A DNA stretch of 35,307 nucleotides from an uncultured Gammaproteobacteria bacterium (GTDB taxonomy: Bacteria; Patescibacteriota; Patescibacteriia; UBA9934; GWF2-40-263). The translations under genes and the position numbers were made by a program. Where the stretch lies: NCBI GenBank assembly GCA_964428465.1, contig CAYRYG010000001.1, positions 1 through 35,307 on the forward strand, in the 5' to 3' direction. Below, in pieces: positions 14,613 through 22,120 of the stretch (positions are counted from its first letter, which is position 1; every line of letters starts with the position of its first letter). The notes below the pieces were generated by a model. The model was not told the origin of the DNA. It worked only from the letters and a program-made list of their open reading frames with translations, and made no database searches.

Positions 14613-15194
14613 ATGGCAAAGCGCAAGAACGAACCGGTCCGCATGCTCGTCGGCGAGCGGCTTTACCTTCGCCCGATCGAGCGCGCGGACGCCGACCGCT
14701 GCCGCCGCTGGATCAACGACCCGGAGGTGAGCCGCTACCTGCTCTACGCCCGCGCGGTCGGAGAAGCCGCGGAGGAGGCGTGGATCGCGTCGATGAGCGA
14801 GGGCAACGTCCCAAGCTCGCTGCATCTCGCCATCGTCCTCAGGAAGGGCGACCGGCACATCGGCAACGTCGGGTTCCACGACATCGACTGGGTCCACCGC
14901 CACGCGGTGACCGGGACGCTGATCGGCGAGAAGGACTGCTGGGGGCTGGGCTACGCGCCCGAGGCCAAGGCGCTCCTGCTCGCGCACGGCTTCGACAGCA
15001 TGGGGCTCCACCACGTCACCGCGACGACGTTCGCGGAAAACGTTCGGAGCCAGCGACAGCTCGAGAAGTCGGGCTACGCGCTCGAGGGACGGCTGCGCGA
15101 ACACGTGTTCCGCGACGGCCGCTGGCACGACGACCTCGTGTACGGCATCCTCGACCACGAATGGCGCGCCAAGCGCGCCGCACTCCCCGCCTGA
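14613..15194 (+). CDS. GNAT family N-acetyltransferase (RimJ/RimL-like)
   Basis: LYLRPIERADADRCRRWINDPEV...GNVGFHDIDWVHRH...GYAPEA is a typical Acetyltransf_3 pattern. GGGAGG lies before the ATG, 9 nt after the ABC stop. Confidence 0.85.
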   Translation: MAKRKNEPVRMLVGERLYLRPIERADADRCRRWINDPEVSRYLLYARAVGEAAEEAWIASMSEGNVPSSLHLAIVLRKGDRHIGNVGFHDIDWVHRHAVTGTLIGEKDCWGLGYAPEAKALLLAHGFDSMGLHHVTATTFAENVRSQRQLEKSGYALEGRLREHVFRDGRWHDDLVYGILDHEWRAKRAALPA

Positions 15195-15215
15195 ACGCCA
15201 GGCGGGTTTTTCTTT
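15186..15215 (+). terminator. intrinsic terminator after the GNAT gene
   Basis: CCCGCCTG-loop-CAGGCGGG followed by TTTTTCTTT. The stop codon lies inside the stem. Confidence 0.8.
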
Positions 15216-15248
15216 AGGCCACCCCCTCGGGCGAGCTGACGGTGTCCT

Positions 15249-15273
15249 CGCGCCCTCACCCGGCGCGTTTTTT
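15249..15273 (+). terminator. second (tandem) terminator after the GNAT gene
   Basis: CGCGCC-7 nt-GGCGCG followed by TTTTTT. Confidence 0.55.
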
Positions 15274-15280
15274 GAAAATG

Positions 15281-15304
15281 AAAAACCGACGCGTGGAGCG
15301 TCGG
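15281..15304 (-). terminator. intrinsic terminator after gene 15314..16195
   Basis: CCGACGC-gtgga-GCGTCGG, with AAAAA on + (TTTTT on the reverse strand). Confidence 0.7.
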
Positions 15305-15313
15305 AAGCGGGAA

Positions 15314-16195
15314 CTAGTTCCCGAGGATCTCGGCGAGCTGCCGCTCGATGTCGGCCCCGTCGCCGCCCCCAAGCGCGATGACGCGGATGCCGCCGGAGCG
15401 GCGCGGCGGCGGGACGAAGGCCGAGAGGACCCCGCCGTCACAGGGCGCGCCGTCGTCGCCCTCGGGAAGGGTGACGACGAGCCCGGAGCCGGAGGCCGCG
15501 AGCTCGATCCTCAGGCGCCGGAGCTGCGGGAGCTCCACGCGCGCGAGGATCGGGGCGCCGGCCGCCTCGAGCATCTCCGCCAGCACGGCGAAGAGGTAGT
15601 ACCCGCAGGTCATGTCGGGCATGCGGAAGCTCACGCTCCCGTGGTCGATCGGCTTCTTGTTGCGGTCCGTGCCGCAGCCCGAGCAGGCGAGCGTCACGCG
15701 GCGCTTGCCCGGGGCGAGCATGTCCTGGTCGCCTCGCTGCGCGGTGTAGGACAGGGTCATGGCCGAGGACCGCTCGACGATCGCCTCGAAGGCGTCGACC
15801 TGGATCCCGTCGAGGATCTCCTTCAGGCCGGTGACGATCTCCACGCCGGGCGCGGCCGCCTCGGGCAGGAGGGCGGCGAGCTCGGGCCGGTCGACGTCCT
15901 CGGCGAACGGCTGGCCGTCGGCCGTGATGGCGCCGGGGGCGCCGCCGTTGTCGACGACGACCTGGTAGGCGACGCCGTCGCGCATGAGCTCAGCGAAGTC
16001 GCCGAGATTGCCGGCGATGCCGTCGACGTACGTCGGCTCGATGGCCGGGACCGTGGTGGCCTCGACGGTCCCCCCGGTGCGCTTGACGTTGAGGGTGAAC
16101 CGGCAGGTCTCGAAGTCGAGGCCGAGCCGGGCGAGAAGGTCGTGTGCGATCAGGGTCCGCATGTGGTCCACGCTCCGTGGTATCCGGCCGTCCAT
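15314..16195 (-). CDS. hypothetical protein
   Basis: 293 aa and no family recognised. It has its own TTGACA-N17-TATCTT promoter and its own terminator. ATG 16195 lies 14 nt after the -10 box. The alternative ATG 16162 has a GGAG upstream. Confidence 0.65.
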   Translation of the reverse strand: MDGRIPRSVDHMRTLIAHDLLARLGLDFETCRFTLNVKRTGGTVEATTVPAIEPTYVDGIAGNLGDFAELMRDGVAYQVVVDNGGAPGAITADGQPFAEDVDRPELAALLPEAAAPGVEIVTGLKEILDGIQVDAFEAIVERSSAMTLSYTAQRGDQDMLAPGKRRVTLACSGCGTDRNKKPIDHGSVSFRMPDMTCGYYLFAVLAEMLEAAGAPILARVELPQLRRLRIELAASGSGLVVTLPEGDDGAPCDGGVLSAFVPPPRRSGGIRVIALGGGDGADIERQLAEILGN

Positions 16196-16209
16196 CGGTC
16201 GGAGCGAAA

Positions 16210-16238
16210 AAGATACGCTTCCGGGCCAGTTTTGTCAA
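16210..16238 (-). promoter_or_regulatory. sigma70-type promoter of gene 15314..16195
   Basis: Reverse strand reads ATTGACAAAAC - 17-nt spacer - TATCTT. Confidence 0.6.
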
Positions 16239-16240
16239 TC

Positions 16241-16268
16241 CCCAAAGAAAAAGCCGGCCATGGGCCGG
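16241..16268 (-). terminator. intrinsic terminator after gene 16270..16641
   Basis: Reverse strand reads CCGGCC-cat-GGCCGG followed by CTTTTTCTTTGGG. Confidence 0.75.
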
Positions 16269-16269
16269 A

Positions 16270-16641
16270 TCAGCGAGACGGGACGGGCGCTTCGGCGTCC
16301 GTTGCCGCGGCGGCGAGCTCGCGCGCGAGTTCGCGCATGAGCTCGTACATGAGCGGACCGAGCTCGTCGAGGATGTCCGGGCGATCCGGCCTACCGTTCA
16401 CGAGCAGGTACGGATGGCCGAGCCTCGCCTCGAAGACGGCCTCGATGACGGCCTCGAGCGGCAGCCCGCGCCAGCGCACGTGCCGCAGCTGCCTCTTCAC
16501 GAGATCGATCCCGGCGTCCGAGCAGGACGGGGTGACGACCACGACCTGGTCGTCCGCGCGACAGACGCGAACCGTGATCTTCAACTGGTCCGGGCCGTCG
16601 AGCCCGAATCGATTCCGTGCATCCCCCACAAGTGACGACAT
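16270..16641 (-). CDS. hypothetical protein (123 aa)
   Basis: ATG 16641 lies 8 nt after GGGAGGG. It has its own promoter (16691-16719) and terminator (16241-16268). The listed ORF extends upstream to 16719 without an SD. Confidence 0.6.
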   Translation of the reverse strand: MSSLVGDARNRFGLDGPDQLKITVRVCRADDQVVVVTPSCSDAGIDLVKRQLRHVRWRGLPLEAVIEAVFEARLGHPYLLVNGRPDRPDILDELGPLMYELMRELARELAAAATDAEAPVPSR

Positions 16642-16690
16642 GCGTTCCACCCTCCCGTTGCATCCGACCACCCTTCGGCCGGAAGCGTGC

Positions 16691-16719
16691 AAGGTACACC
16701 GGCTTGATACGACTGTCAA
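16691..16719 (-). promoter_or_regulatory. sigma70-type promoter of gene 16270..16641
   Basis: Reverse strand reads TTGACA - 17 nt - TACCTT. Confidence 0.55.
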
Positions 16720-16739
16720 CGGTCACAGACCACCCCTAC

Positions 16740-16807
16740 CCCCTCCTCACTGATGAGGAGGGGAAACTTCGAGTTTCCTCCCCTCTGCGAGGGGAGGTTA
16801 GGAGGGG
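16740..16807. repeat. cluster of overlapping perfect or near-perfect palindromes built from CCCCTCC / GGAGGGG units
   Basis: CCCCTCCTCA-ctga-TGAGGAGGGG (16740-16763). GAGGAGGGGAAACT-tcg-AGTTTCCTCCCCTC (16755-16785, one mismatch and one GU). CCTCCCCTC-tgc-GAGGGGAGG (16777-16797). A further AGGAGGGG lies at 16800-16807. Confidence 0.7.
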
Positions 16808-16815
16808 TCTCTGTC

Positions 16816-16824
16816 TGGTACACT
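16816..16824 (+). promoter_or_regulatory. extended -10 box 8 nt before ATG 16833 (leaderless-type)
   Basis: TGgTACACT, then 8 nt, then ATG. Confidence 0.4.
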
Positions 16825-16832
16825 GTTACCGT

Positions 16833-17183
16833 ATGACCCCCTCCGAGTTCGAACAACTGGTCGCCGCGGCCCTGGACGCCCTTCCCGACGACGTCGTCGC
16901 ACAGCTCGACAACGTGGCGTTTTGCGTGGAGGACGACAGCGAGGACGGGGACAAGCTGGGCGAGTACATCGGCGTCCCCCGCCCCGAGCGCTGGGGCGAC
17001 GAGTCCGGGGCGCTGCCGGACAAGATCGTTTTGTACCGCCTGGCGATCTGCGAGGACTGCGGCGACGACCCCGTCGAGATCGCGGAGGAAATCCGGCGCA
17101 CGATCTGGCATGAGATCGCGCACCACCTCGGGTGGGACGACGACGTGCTCGAGGCGCGGGAAGCGGAAAAGGGGTGGCGATAA
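16833..17183 (+). CDS. metallopeptidase family protein (Zincin_1/DUF1025-like, HExxH)
   Basis: 116 aa. It has an acidic N-terminal half and WHEIAHHLGWDD, matching the small putative Zn-peptidase family. The ATG lies 8 nt after TGgTACACT. Confidence 0.8.
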   Translation: MTPSEFEQLVAAALDALPDDVVAQLDNVAFCVEDDSEDGDKLGEYIGVPRPERWGDESGALPDKIVLYRLAICEDCGDDPVEIAEEIRRTIWHEIAHHLGWDDDVLEAREAEKGWR

Positions 17184-17190
17184 AACCGAA

Positions 17191-17214
17191 AGGCGGGGTG
17201 CAGGGACCCCGCCT
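17191..17214. terminator. shared hairpin between convergent genes (peptidase-like + / SIMPL -)
   Basis: A 9-bp stem AGGCGGGGT/ACCCCGCCT. The T-rich tail is clear only on the reverse strand (TTCGGTTTTA). Confidence 0.6.
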
Positions 17215-17224
17215 ATGACACAGG

Positions 17225-18040
17225 TTATTCCGCCAGCTTGTACGTGACCGACACGTTGAGCGTCACCTCGGTCGAGCCCGGGAGCACGTCCGGCGCCGAG
17301 CCGCCCATGCCCATTTCCGCGAACGAGTAGTACGGCGGCGGATACCCGGAATCCGACCATTCGCTGTACCCGACCACGCGCTCGAGCCGCACGCCGAGCG
17401 CCTTCGCGAGCGTGTCGGCCTTCTCCCGCGCGTCCGCGACCGCCTCCATGCGCGCCTGGTCCTTCAGGCTGCTCGTGTCGTCGATGGTGAAGTTCGGCCC
17501 AGAAATGCTGGTGGCGCCGTTCTTCCCCGCCGCGTCGAGCACCGAGGAGATCTTCGACGTGTCGCGCACCTTCACCGTGACCTGCTGGCTCACGATCCAC
17601 CCGTCCGACTCATACGTCTCCGTGTCCGGGTCCCACACCGTGTTCTCATACACGCTGTAGTTGGCCGTCTGAATGTCATCCTCCGACACCCCCAGCGCCT
17701 CAACCGTCGCGATGAGCACGTTGACCGTGGTGCCGTTGGCCGCCTGGGCCGTGGCCACGTCCGCGCCCTCGGTGTCCACGCCGAGCGTCACCGTGGCGAT
17801 GTCCGGCGTTCCCGTGACGCGCCCAATCCCCTCGACCGAAATCTGGTGCTCGTACGGCTCCGGCGTGTCGAGCCGTCGCGCTTCCCCGAGCGCAAGCGTG
17901 GTGCGCGCCATGAGGAACACGATCAAAAACGCGAGCGTGAGCAAAAGGACGAGCGCGAACGGCTTGTTCTCATGCCACGAGGGCCAGAGCGAAACCGGCG
18001 GCGGCGTTTTCCCGTTTTGTGGAATGGGCATATCCTCCAA
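17225..18040 (-). CDS. SIMPL domain (DUF541) periplasmic/secreted protein
   Basis: It has an N-terminal TM segment followed by a typical SIMPL pattern (GTPDIATVTLGV...ATSISGPNFTIDD...ADAREKADTLAKALG). The start is ambiguous between TTG 18040 and ATG 18031. Confidence 0.85.
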   Translation of the reverse strand: MEDMPIPQNGKTPPPVSLWPSWHENKPFALVLLLTLAFLIVFLMARTTLALGEARRLDTPEPYEHQISVEGIGRVTGTPDIATVTLGVDTEGADVATAQAANGTTVNVLIATVEALGVSEDDIQTANYSVYENTVWDPDTETYESDGWIVSQQVTVKVRDTSKISSVLDAAGKNGATSISGPNFTIDDTSSLKDQARMEAVADAREKADTLAKALGVRLERVVGYSEWSDSGYPPPYYSFAEMGMGGSAPDVLPGSTEVTLNVSVTYKLAE

Positions 18041-18046
18041 TGATTA

Positions 18047-18108
18047 GGGGTAAGGGGCAAGGGAAAAGAATCAAGGACCTTGCTTCTTGCTCCTTGTCCC
18101 TTATCCCT
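18047..18108. repeat. long imperfect inverted repeat with a purine-rich arm and a pyrimidine-rich arm
   Basis: GGGGTAAGGGGCAAGGGAAAAGAATCAAGG ... CCTTGCTTCTTGCTCCTTGTCCCTTATCCC, lying between the TerC-like stop and the SIMPL start. Confidence 0.5.
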
Positions 18109-19036
18109 CTTTGTTCCCATTCAGTTTAGCAAACACCACCGACTTCCACCAGAAGTATCCGATCACCGTGAAGGTGACCACCGGCGAGAGCCAGTGCGGG
18201 ACGTGCACGCCGAAGGAGTCCACCAGCATGATGGTGCCAAGGAACAGGATCGAGTACATCGCGCCGTTTTTCAGGTACACGTACTTCTTGATGCGGTCGA
18301 TGTTTCCCACCGTGATCTGGCGCACCATGATGGCGCCGAGCCCGTTGCCAAGCAGGATGAGCGGGACGGAAAGGGTGAAAGCGAACGCACCGAGCACGCC
18401 GTCGATGGAGAAGGTCATGTCGATCGCCTCGAGGTACAGGATCTTCGCGATGTCGCCCATGTGCGACTTCCCCTCGATGAGCTGCTTTTCCGCGAGCTCC
18501 GCGTTCTGCTTGAACCCGTGCGTGATGAAGAACGCGGTCGATCCGACCACGGCGCCGAACGCCATCATCGGGTTTTCCTGCAGCGCGTACCACACCACCA
18601 CCGCGAGGATAATGGAGACGATCGCGTAGAACCACACGCCCTGGCGGTAGAAAAACTTCTCGCCGACCAGGCCGAAATGCTTGGACTCGAGGAACAGCCA
18701 GTGGAAGAACAGGAACACGAGGAAAATGCCGCCGCCGGAAAGCAGGATCGGCGCGGACGCCTCGATGGCCTCGATCACGGAAGGATCGTTCGAGAAGGTC
18801 GCCATCAGCGAACCGACGAACCCAAGCGACGGGTTGACGAAATAGACGATGAGCCACGGCATGAACCCGCGCACCGCGAACACGGCGAACAGGATCCCCC
18901 AGAACAGAAACCACTTGCGCGCCTTCTTGCCCATCGTGTGGAGCACCTCGGCGTTGATGATGGCGTTGTCGATGGAGGAAATGGTCTCGAACAGGCAGAG
19001 ACCGGCGACCACGAGGAGAATCTCAAAGAAGCTCAT
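18101..19036 (-). CDS. TerC-related integral membrane protein (DUF475 type)
   Basis: 311 aa, multi-TM, with N-terminal ETISSIDNAIINA, which is characteristic of the DUF475/TerC superfamily. Confidence 0.8.
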   Translation of the reverse strand: MSFFEILLVVAGLCLFETISSIDNAIINAEVLHTMGKKARKWFLFWGILFAVFAVRGFMPWLIVYFVNPSLGFVGSLMATFSNDPSVIEAIEASAPILLSGGGIFLVFLFFHWLFLESKHFGLVGEKFFYRQGVWFYAIVSIILAVVVWYALQENPMMAFGAVVGSTAFFITHGFKQNAELAEKQLIEGKSHMGDIAKILYLEAIDMTFSIDGVLGAFAFTLSVPLILLGNGLGAIMVRQITVGNIDRIKKYVYLKNGAMYSILFLGTIMLVDSFGVHVPHWLSPVVTFTVIGYFWWKSVVFAKLNGNKEG

Positions 19037-19046
19037 AACGGGCGGG

Positions 19047-19055
19047 ATTATATCA
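19047..19055 (-). promoter_or_regulatory. extended -10 box 10 nt before TerC/DUF475 ATG (leaderless-type)
   Basis: Reverse strand reads TGaTATAAT, where the TGA is the glycerate kinase stop codon, then 10 nt, then ATG 19036. Confidence 0.45.
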
Positions 19056-20303
19056 CGGCTTTGCGCGCGCGGCGATCATCAGGTCCGACACGTTGGCGCC
19101 GGTGCCGCCGATCTTGATCTGGCCGCCCGCCCGCCCGAAGAAGGCCAGCGAGTCGTTCCGGTCGAGATACGCCTGCGGGCGCAGTTTCAGACGCGCGGCC
19201 TTTCGCTTCGTTTCCGCGTCGGCGATCGCCCCGGCGACCGGCGAGTTGTCCACGCCGTCGGACGCGCAGGAGAGCACGAGCTCGTCGTCCGAGATAAACG
19301 GGAGCGCGCCGAGCGCCAGCTCCTGGTTGCGCCCGCCCTTCCCCTTGCCGCGCACCGTGACCGTCGTCTCCCCGGCGGCGAATACCATCTCGCCCGGCTT
19401 CGGGAGATCCGTCAGCTGCTTGCCGACCTCGCGCGCCTCGCCGGTCAGCGTCCTCGAATGGACGCGCGTCTTGTACCCGCGCCTGCGCGCCTCGCGTACC
19501 ATCGCGTCCACGGCCACGCCGTTGTGCATCACGAGGACGTTTGTGACGCGCTTGAAGAACAGCGGGTCCTTCGGCGTCTCGCGCAGCTGGCAGTCCGGAA
19601 GCTTGCACGCGCGCAGGAGGTCGTGCCGGGCCATCACCTCGGCCGCGTCCTCGGCGGTGGACGCGTCCATGACCGTCGGCCCGGACGCGACCACGCCGAG
19701 CTCGTCGCCCGGCACGTCGGAAAACACGAGCCCGAGAATGGTGGCCGGATACGCAAGGCGCGCGAACTGCCCGCCAAGGATCTCGGACAGGTGCTTGCGG
19801 ACCACGTTCACCTCGCGGATCGTCGCGCCCTTGGCCATGAGCGTCTTCGTGACCAGGGTGATGTCGTCGCACTTCAGCTGGTACGGCCAGCACAGCAGCG
19901 ACGACCCGCCGCCGGAGATGACGGTAATGATCAGATCGCGGCTGTCGGCCTGTTTCAAAATTGCCATGATCTCCCCGGTGCCGCGCATGTTCGCCATGCT
20001 CGGAAACGGATGCGATCCGGCGACGCTCTTGATACGCTTGAGCCTGGCGCTCTTCACGTCGAGCACCACGCCGTCGGTGATGCGCGTGCCAAGCAGAGTC
20101 TCGAGCGCCTTGCCGGCCTCGAGCGACGCCTTGCCGATCCCGATCACGAAAATGCGGCGGTAGCGTTTCAGCGGAAACCGCTTGCCGTCCACCGTCAGAA
20201 CGTCCCCATTCAGCCTGCATGCGCGTTTCACCGCGTCGCCGGTACGAATGGCCGCGAGCCCGGCGTCCAGGACGGCGAGCGCGTCCCGTCGAAGCGTGTT
20301 CAT
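19053..20303 (-). CDS. glycerate 2-kinase (DUF4147 + MOFRL family)
   Basis: 416 aa. The pattern VIGIGKASLEAGKALE ... GGETTVTVRGKGKGGRNQELAL ... GTDGVDN-like (ASDGVDNS) is typical of MOFRL glycerate kinases. Confidence 0.85.
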   Translation of the reverse strand: MNTLRRDALAVLDAGLAAIRTGDAVKRACRLNGDVLTVDGKRFPLKRYRRIFVIGIGKASLEAGKALETLLGTRITDGVVLDVKSARLKRIKSVAGSHPFPSMANMRGTGEIMAILKQADSRDLIITVISGGGSSLLCWPYQLKCDDITLVTKTLMAKGATIREVNVVRKHLSEILGGQFARLAYPATILGLVFSDVPGDELGVVASGPTVMDASTAEDAAEVMARHDLLRACKLPDCQLRETPKDPLFFKRVTNVLVMHNGVAVDAMVREARRRGYKTRVHSRTLTGEAREVGKQLTDLPKPGEMVFAAGETTVTVRGKGKGGRNQELALGALPFISDDELVLSCASDGVDNSPVAGAIADAETKRKAARLKLRPQAYLDRNDSLAFFGRAGGQIKIGGTGANVSDLMIAARAKP

Positions 20304-20680
20304 ACCTTTTTTTCAAAATTGAGCGCGGCGGAATTAATGCAGAACCGCTTGCCGCCGGGCATGGGACCGTCCATGAACAGGTGGCCGAGATGTCCCTCGC
20401 ACGCCTTGCATTTCACCTCCGTGCGACGCATTCCCAGCGAATCGTCGGCAACCAGCTCGACCGCGTCGTTCGCCGCCACTTCCGAGAAGCTCGGCCATCC
20501 CGTCCCGGAATCGAACTTGGTCTCGGACGAAAACAACGTCGCCCCGCACGCGGCGCAGCAGTACGACCCGTCCCCGTGGTGGTCCCAGTACTTGTTCTGG
20601 AACGGCGGCTCGGTGCCGCACTCGCGCATCACGCGGTATTGCTCGGCCGTCAGTTTTTCCTTCCATTCATCGGGCGGCAT
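20300..20680 (-). CDS. msrB: peptide-methionine (R)-S-oxide reductase
   Basis: Motifs: EQYRVMRECGTEPPF, CxxC pairs (CAAC, CKAC), GWPSF, GHLGHLF. ATG 20680 overlaps the end of the upstream gene, and the stop overlaps the glycerate kinase ATG (ATGA). Confidence 0.9.
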   Translation of the reverse strand: MPPDEWKEKLTAEQYRVMRECGTEPPFQNKYWDHHGDGSYCCAACGATLFSSETKFDSGTGWPSFSEVAANDAVELVADDSLGMRRTEVKCKACEGHLGHLFMDGPMPGGKRFCINSAALNFEKKV

Positions 20681-21285
20681 ACGTCGAGATACACGAGCAC
20701 GCTCAGGGCCGCGGCGAAAAAGCACCACACGGACGTGAACGCGAATTCGTAAAACAGGATCGAGACCATGAACGACAGGAACACCGCGCCCGCGAACAGA
20801 CGCGTGCCCGGCCTCGTGGAGGCCAACCCGGGACCGCAGGTCGCGATGACGTACAGGACGACGCCCATCACGTCGAACGGGACGACGACCCGATAGTCCA
20901 TGCTATTCCCGGCGACCGCGACCGTAAGCGGGCGAATAAGGAGAACGGCAAGCAGGGACAAGGACCCGGCCAGGCCGAACCAGGTCAGCCCGCGCAACAG
21001 CCGGCGGCGCCCGGGATCCGTCTCGATCTTGTGGGCGGCGAACGGGAAATACACCGGCCAGAGCAGGAACGCGAACAGGAGGAACCCGTATCCGAGCACG
21101 GTACTGCAGGCGCTCGGCTTGTCCGCGAGCCATTGCAAACCCTCAATGAGCTGTTGCGCGCTGAACAGCAGCGGGATCGCCGCGTACCATCGGAGCGGGG
21201 TCTTCCCCGCCTTCCTCATGGCCGCGACGCCCGTGACCGCCAATACGCCGCTCGTGATGAAACTAACCGGGGCTGAAAAACACAT
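20650..21285 (-). CDS. integral membrane protein (DUF6629-like)
   Basis: Six to seven TM segments. I prefer ATG 21285 (MCFSAPVSF...), which lies 11 nt after TGtTATACT. The family assignment is from memory of the MCFS N-terminus. Confidence 0.7.
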   Translation of the reverse strand: MCFSAPVSFITSGVLAVTGVAAMRKAGKTPLRWYAAIPLLFSAQQLIEGLQWLADKPSACSTVLGYGFLLFAFLLWPVYFPFAAHKIETDPGRRRLLRGLTWFGLAGSLSLLAVLLIRPLTVAVAGNSMDYRVVVPFDVMGVVLYVIATCGPGLASTRPGTRLFAGAVFLSFMVSILFYEFAFTSVWCFFAAALSVLVYLDVCRPMNGRKN

Positions 21286-21296
21286 AGATCGCGTCC

Positions 21297-21305
21297 AGTA
21301 TAACA
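21297..21305 (-). promoter_or_regulatory. extended -10 box 11 nt before ATG 21285 (leaderless-type)
   Basis: Reverse strand reads TGtTATACT directly after the csp terminator hairpin. Confidence 0.45.
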
Positions 21306-21306
21306 C

Positions 21307-21330
21307 AAAGCGCCCCTTGCGGGGCGCTTT
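21307..21330 (-). terminator. csp terminator hairpin
   Basis: AAAGCGCCCC-ttgc-GGGGCGCTTT. On the reverse strand it is preceded by a TCTTTTCCTC box directly after the csp stop. Confidence 0.7.
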
Positions 21331-21340
21331 GAGGAAAAGA

Positions 21341-21538
21341 CTAGGCGCGGGTCACGTTGACAGCGCGCGGGCCCTTGTCGGAGTCCTCAACGTCGAAGGA
21401 AACGGTGTCGCCGACCTTGAGGTCGTTGAAATCAAGACCCGAGAGCGAAGACATGTGGAAAAACACATCCTTGTCGCCGCCTTCCGGGGTGATGAAGCCG
21501 AATCCCTTTTCCGTGAGCGTTTTGATCGTTCCGGTCAT
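21341..21538 (-). CDS. cspA: cold-shock protein (CSD)
   Basis: 65 aa with RNP1/RNP2-like KGFGFI and VFFHMS. A strong promoter lies at 21625-21653 with an ~80 nt 5' UTR. Confidence 0.95.
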   Translation of the reverse strand: MTGTIKTLTEKGFGFITPEGGDKDVFFHMSSLSGLDFNDLKVGDTVSFDVEDSDKGPRAVNVTRA

Positions 21539-21624
21539 AGGAATGCTTAGGTGAGTAGCCGCAACCTCTGCCGTTTGCGGAAACTCGACCTACGATCCGC
21601 TCGCTGGCTGTATTGCTTGGAAGC

Positions 21625-21653
21625 AGTATAGCCCCTGGGACGAAATCCGTCAA
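21625..21653 (-). promoter_or_regulatory. cold-shock gene promoter
   Basis: Reverse strand reads TTGACG - 17 nt - TATACT, about 80 nt upstream of the csp ATG. Confidence 0.65.
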
Positions 21654-21693
21654 TAGGGGTGGGATATGAAGGTTCTTTCAAGCGTCCCGGACG

Positions 21694-21702
21694 TGATACA
21701 CT
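21694..21702 (+). promoter_or_regulatory. extended -10 box 9 nt before ATG 21712 (leaderless-type)
   Basis: TGaTACACT, then 9 nt, then ATG. Confidence 0.4.
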
Positions 21703-21711
21703 GTCCTCGCT

Positions 21712-22116
21712 ATGACCTACCGAGCCGCCATCTTGACCGGAACCGCCGTGTTTCTCACCAATGTCGCCAGCTTGGCGCTCGGGTGGTACCTGGTCCGCCC
21801 GGACATCGACATTCCCCTCCACATCGGGGGCGGGCTTGCCGCGGGGATGTTCGCGATCGCGCTCCACGACGACTTCAAGCGCCGACACAAAATAGGCCGT
21901 ACCCCGGCGTGGTACGACCTGCTGTTCGTGCTTGGCTTCGTCTCGCTCGTCGCCATCACGTGGGAATTCCACGAGTACGTGCTCGACCGGACGCTCGTGG
22001 CGAACTACCGATTCGCGATCAGCCAGATTTCCGTCGCCGATACCATCGGCGACTTCCTGAACGGCCTCATCGGCGCCTCCGCGAGCTTCGCGGCCTTCGG
22101 CCGGCGGCGCGCGTAG
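21712..22116 (+). CDS. small membrane protein, hypothetical
   Basis: 134 aa, 3-4 hydrophobic segments. The ATG lies 9 nt after TGaTACACT. No family recognised. Confidence 0.6.
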   Translation: MTYRAAILTGTAVFLTNVASLALGWYLVRPDIDIPLHIGGGLAAGMFAIALHDDFKRRHKIGRTPAWYDLLFVLGFVSLVAITWEFHEYVLDRTLVANYRFAISQISVADTIGDFLNGLIGASASFAAFGRRRA

Positions 22117-22120
22117 GCGG

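Noticed and set aside
15242-16753. 503-aa plus-strand ORF across two minus-strand genes; similarly 18849..20738 (+) and 22706..25390 (+)
   Set aside because: These are shadow ORFs in high-GC DNA. They run through mapped promoters and terminators and are antisense to genes with family signatures (glycerate kinase, MsrB, histidine kinase, MFS).
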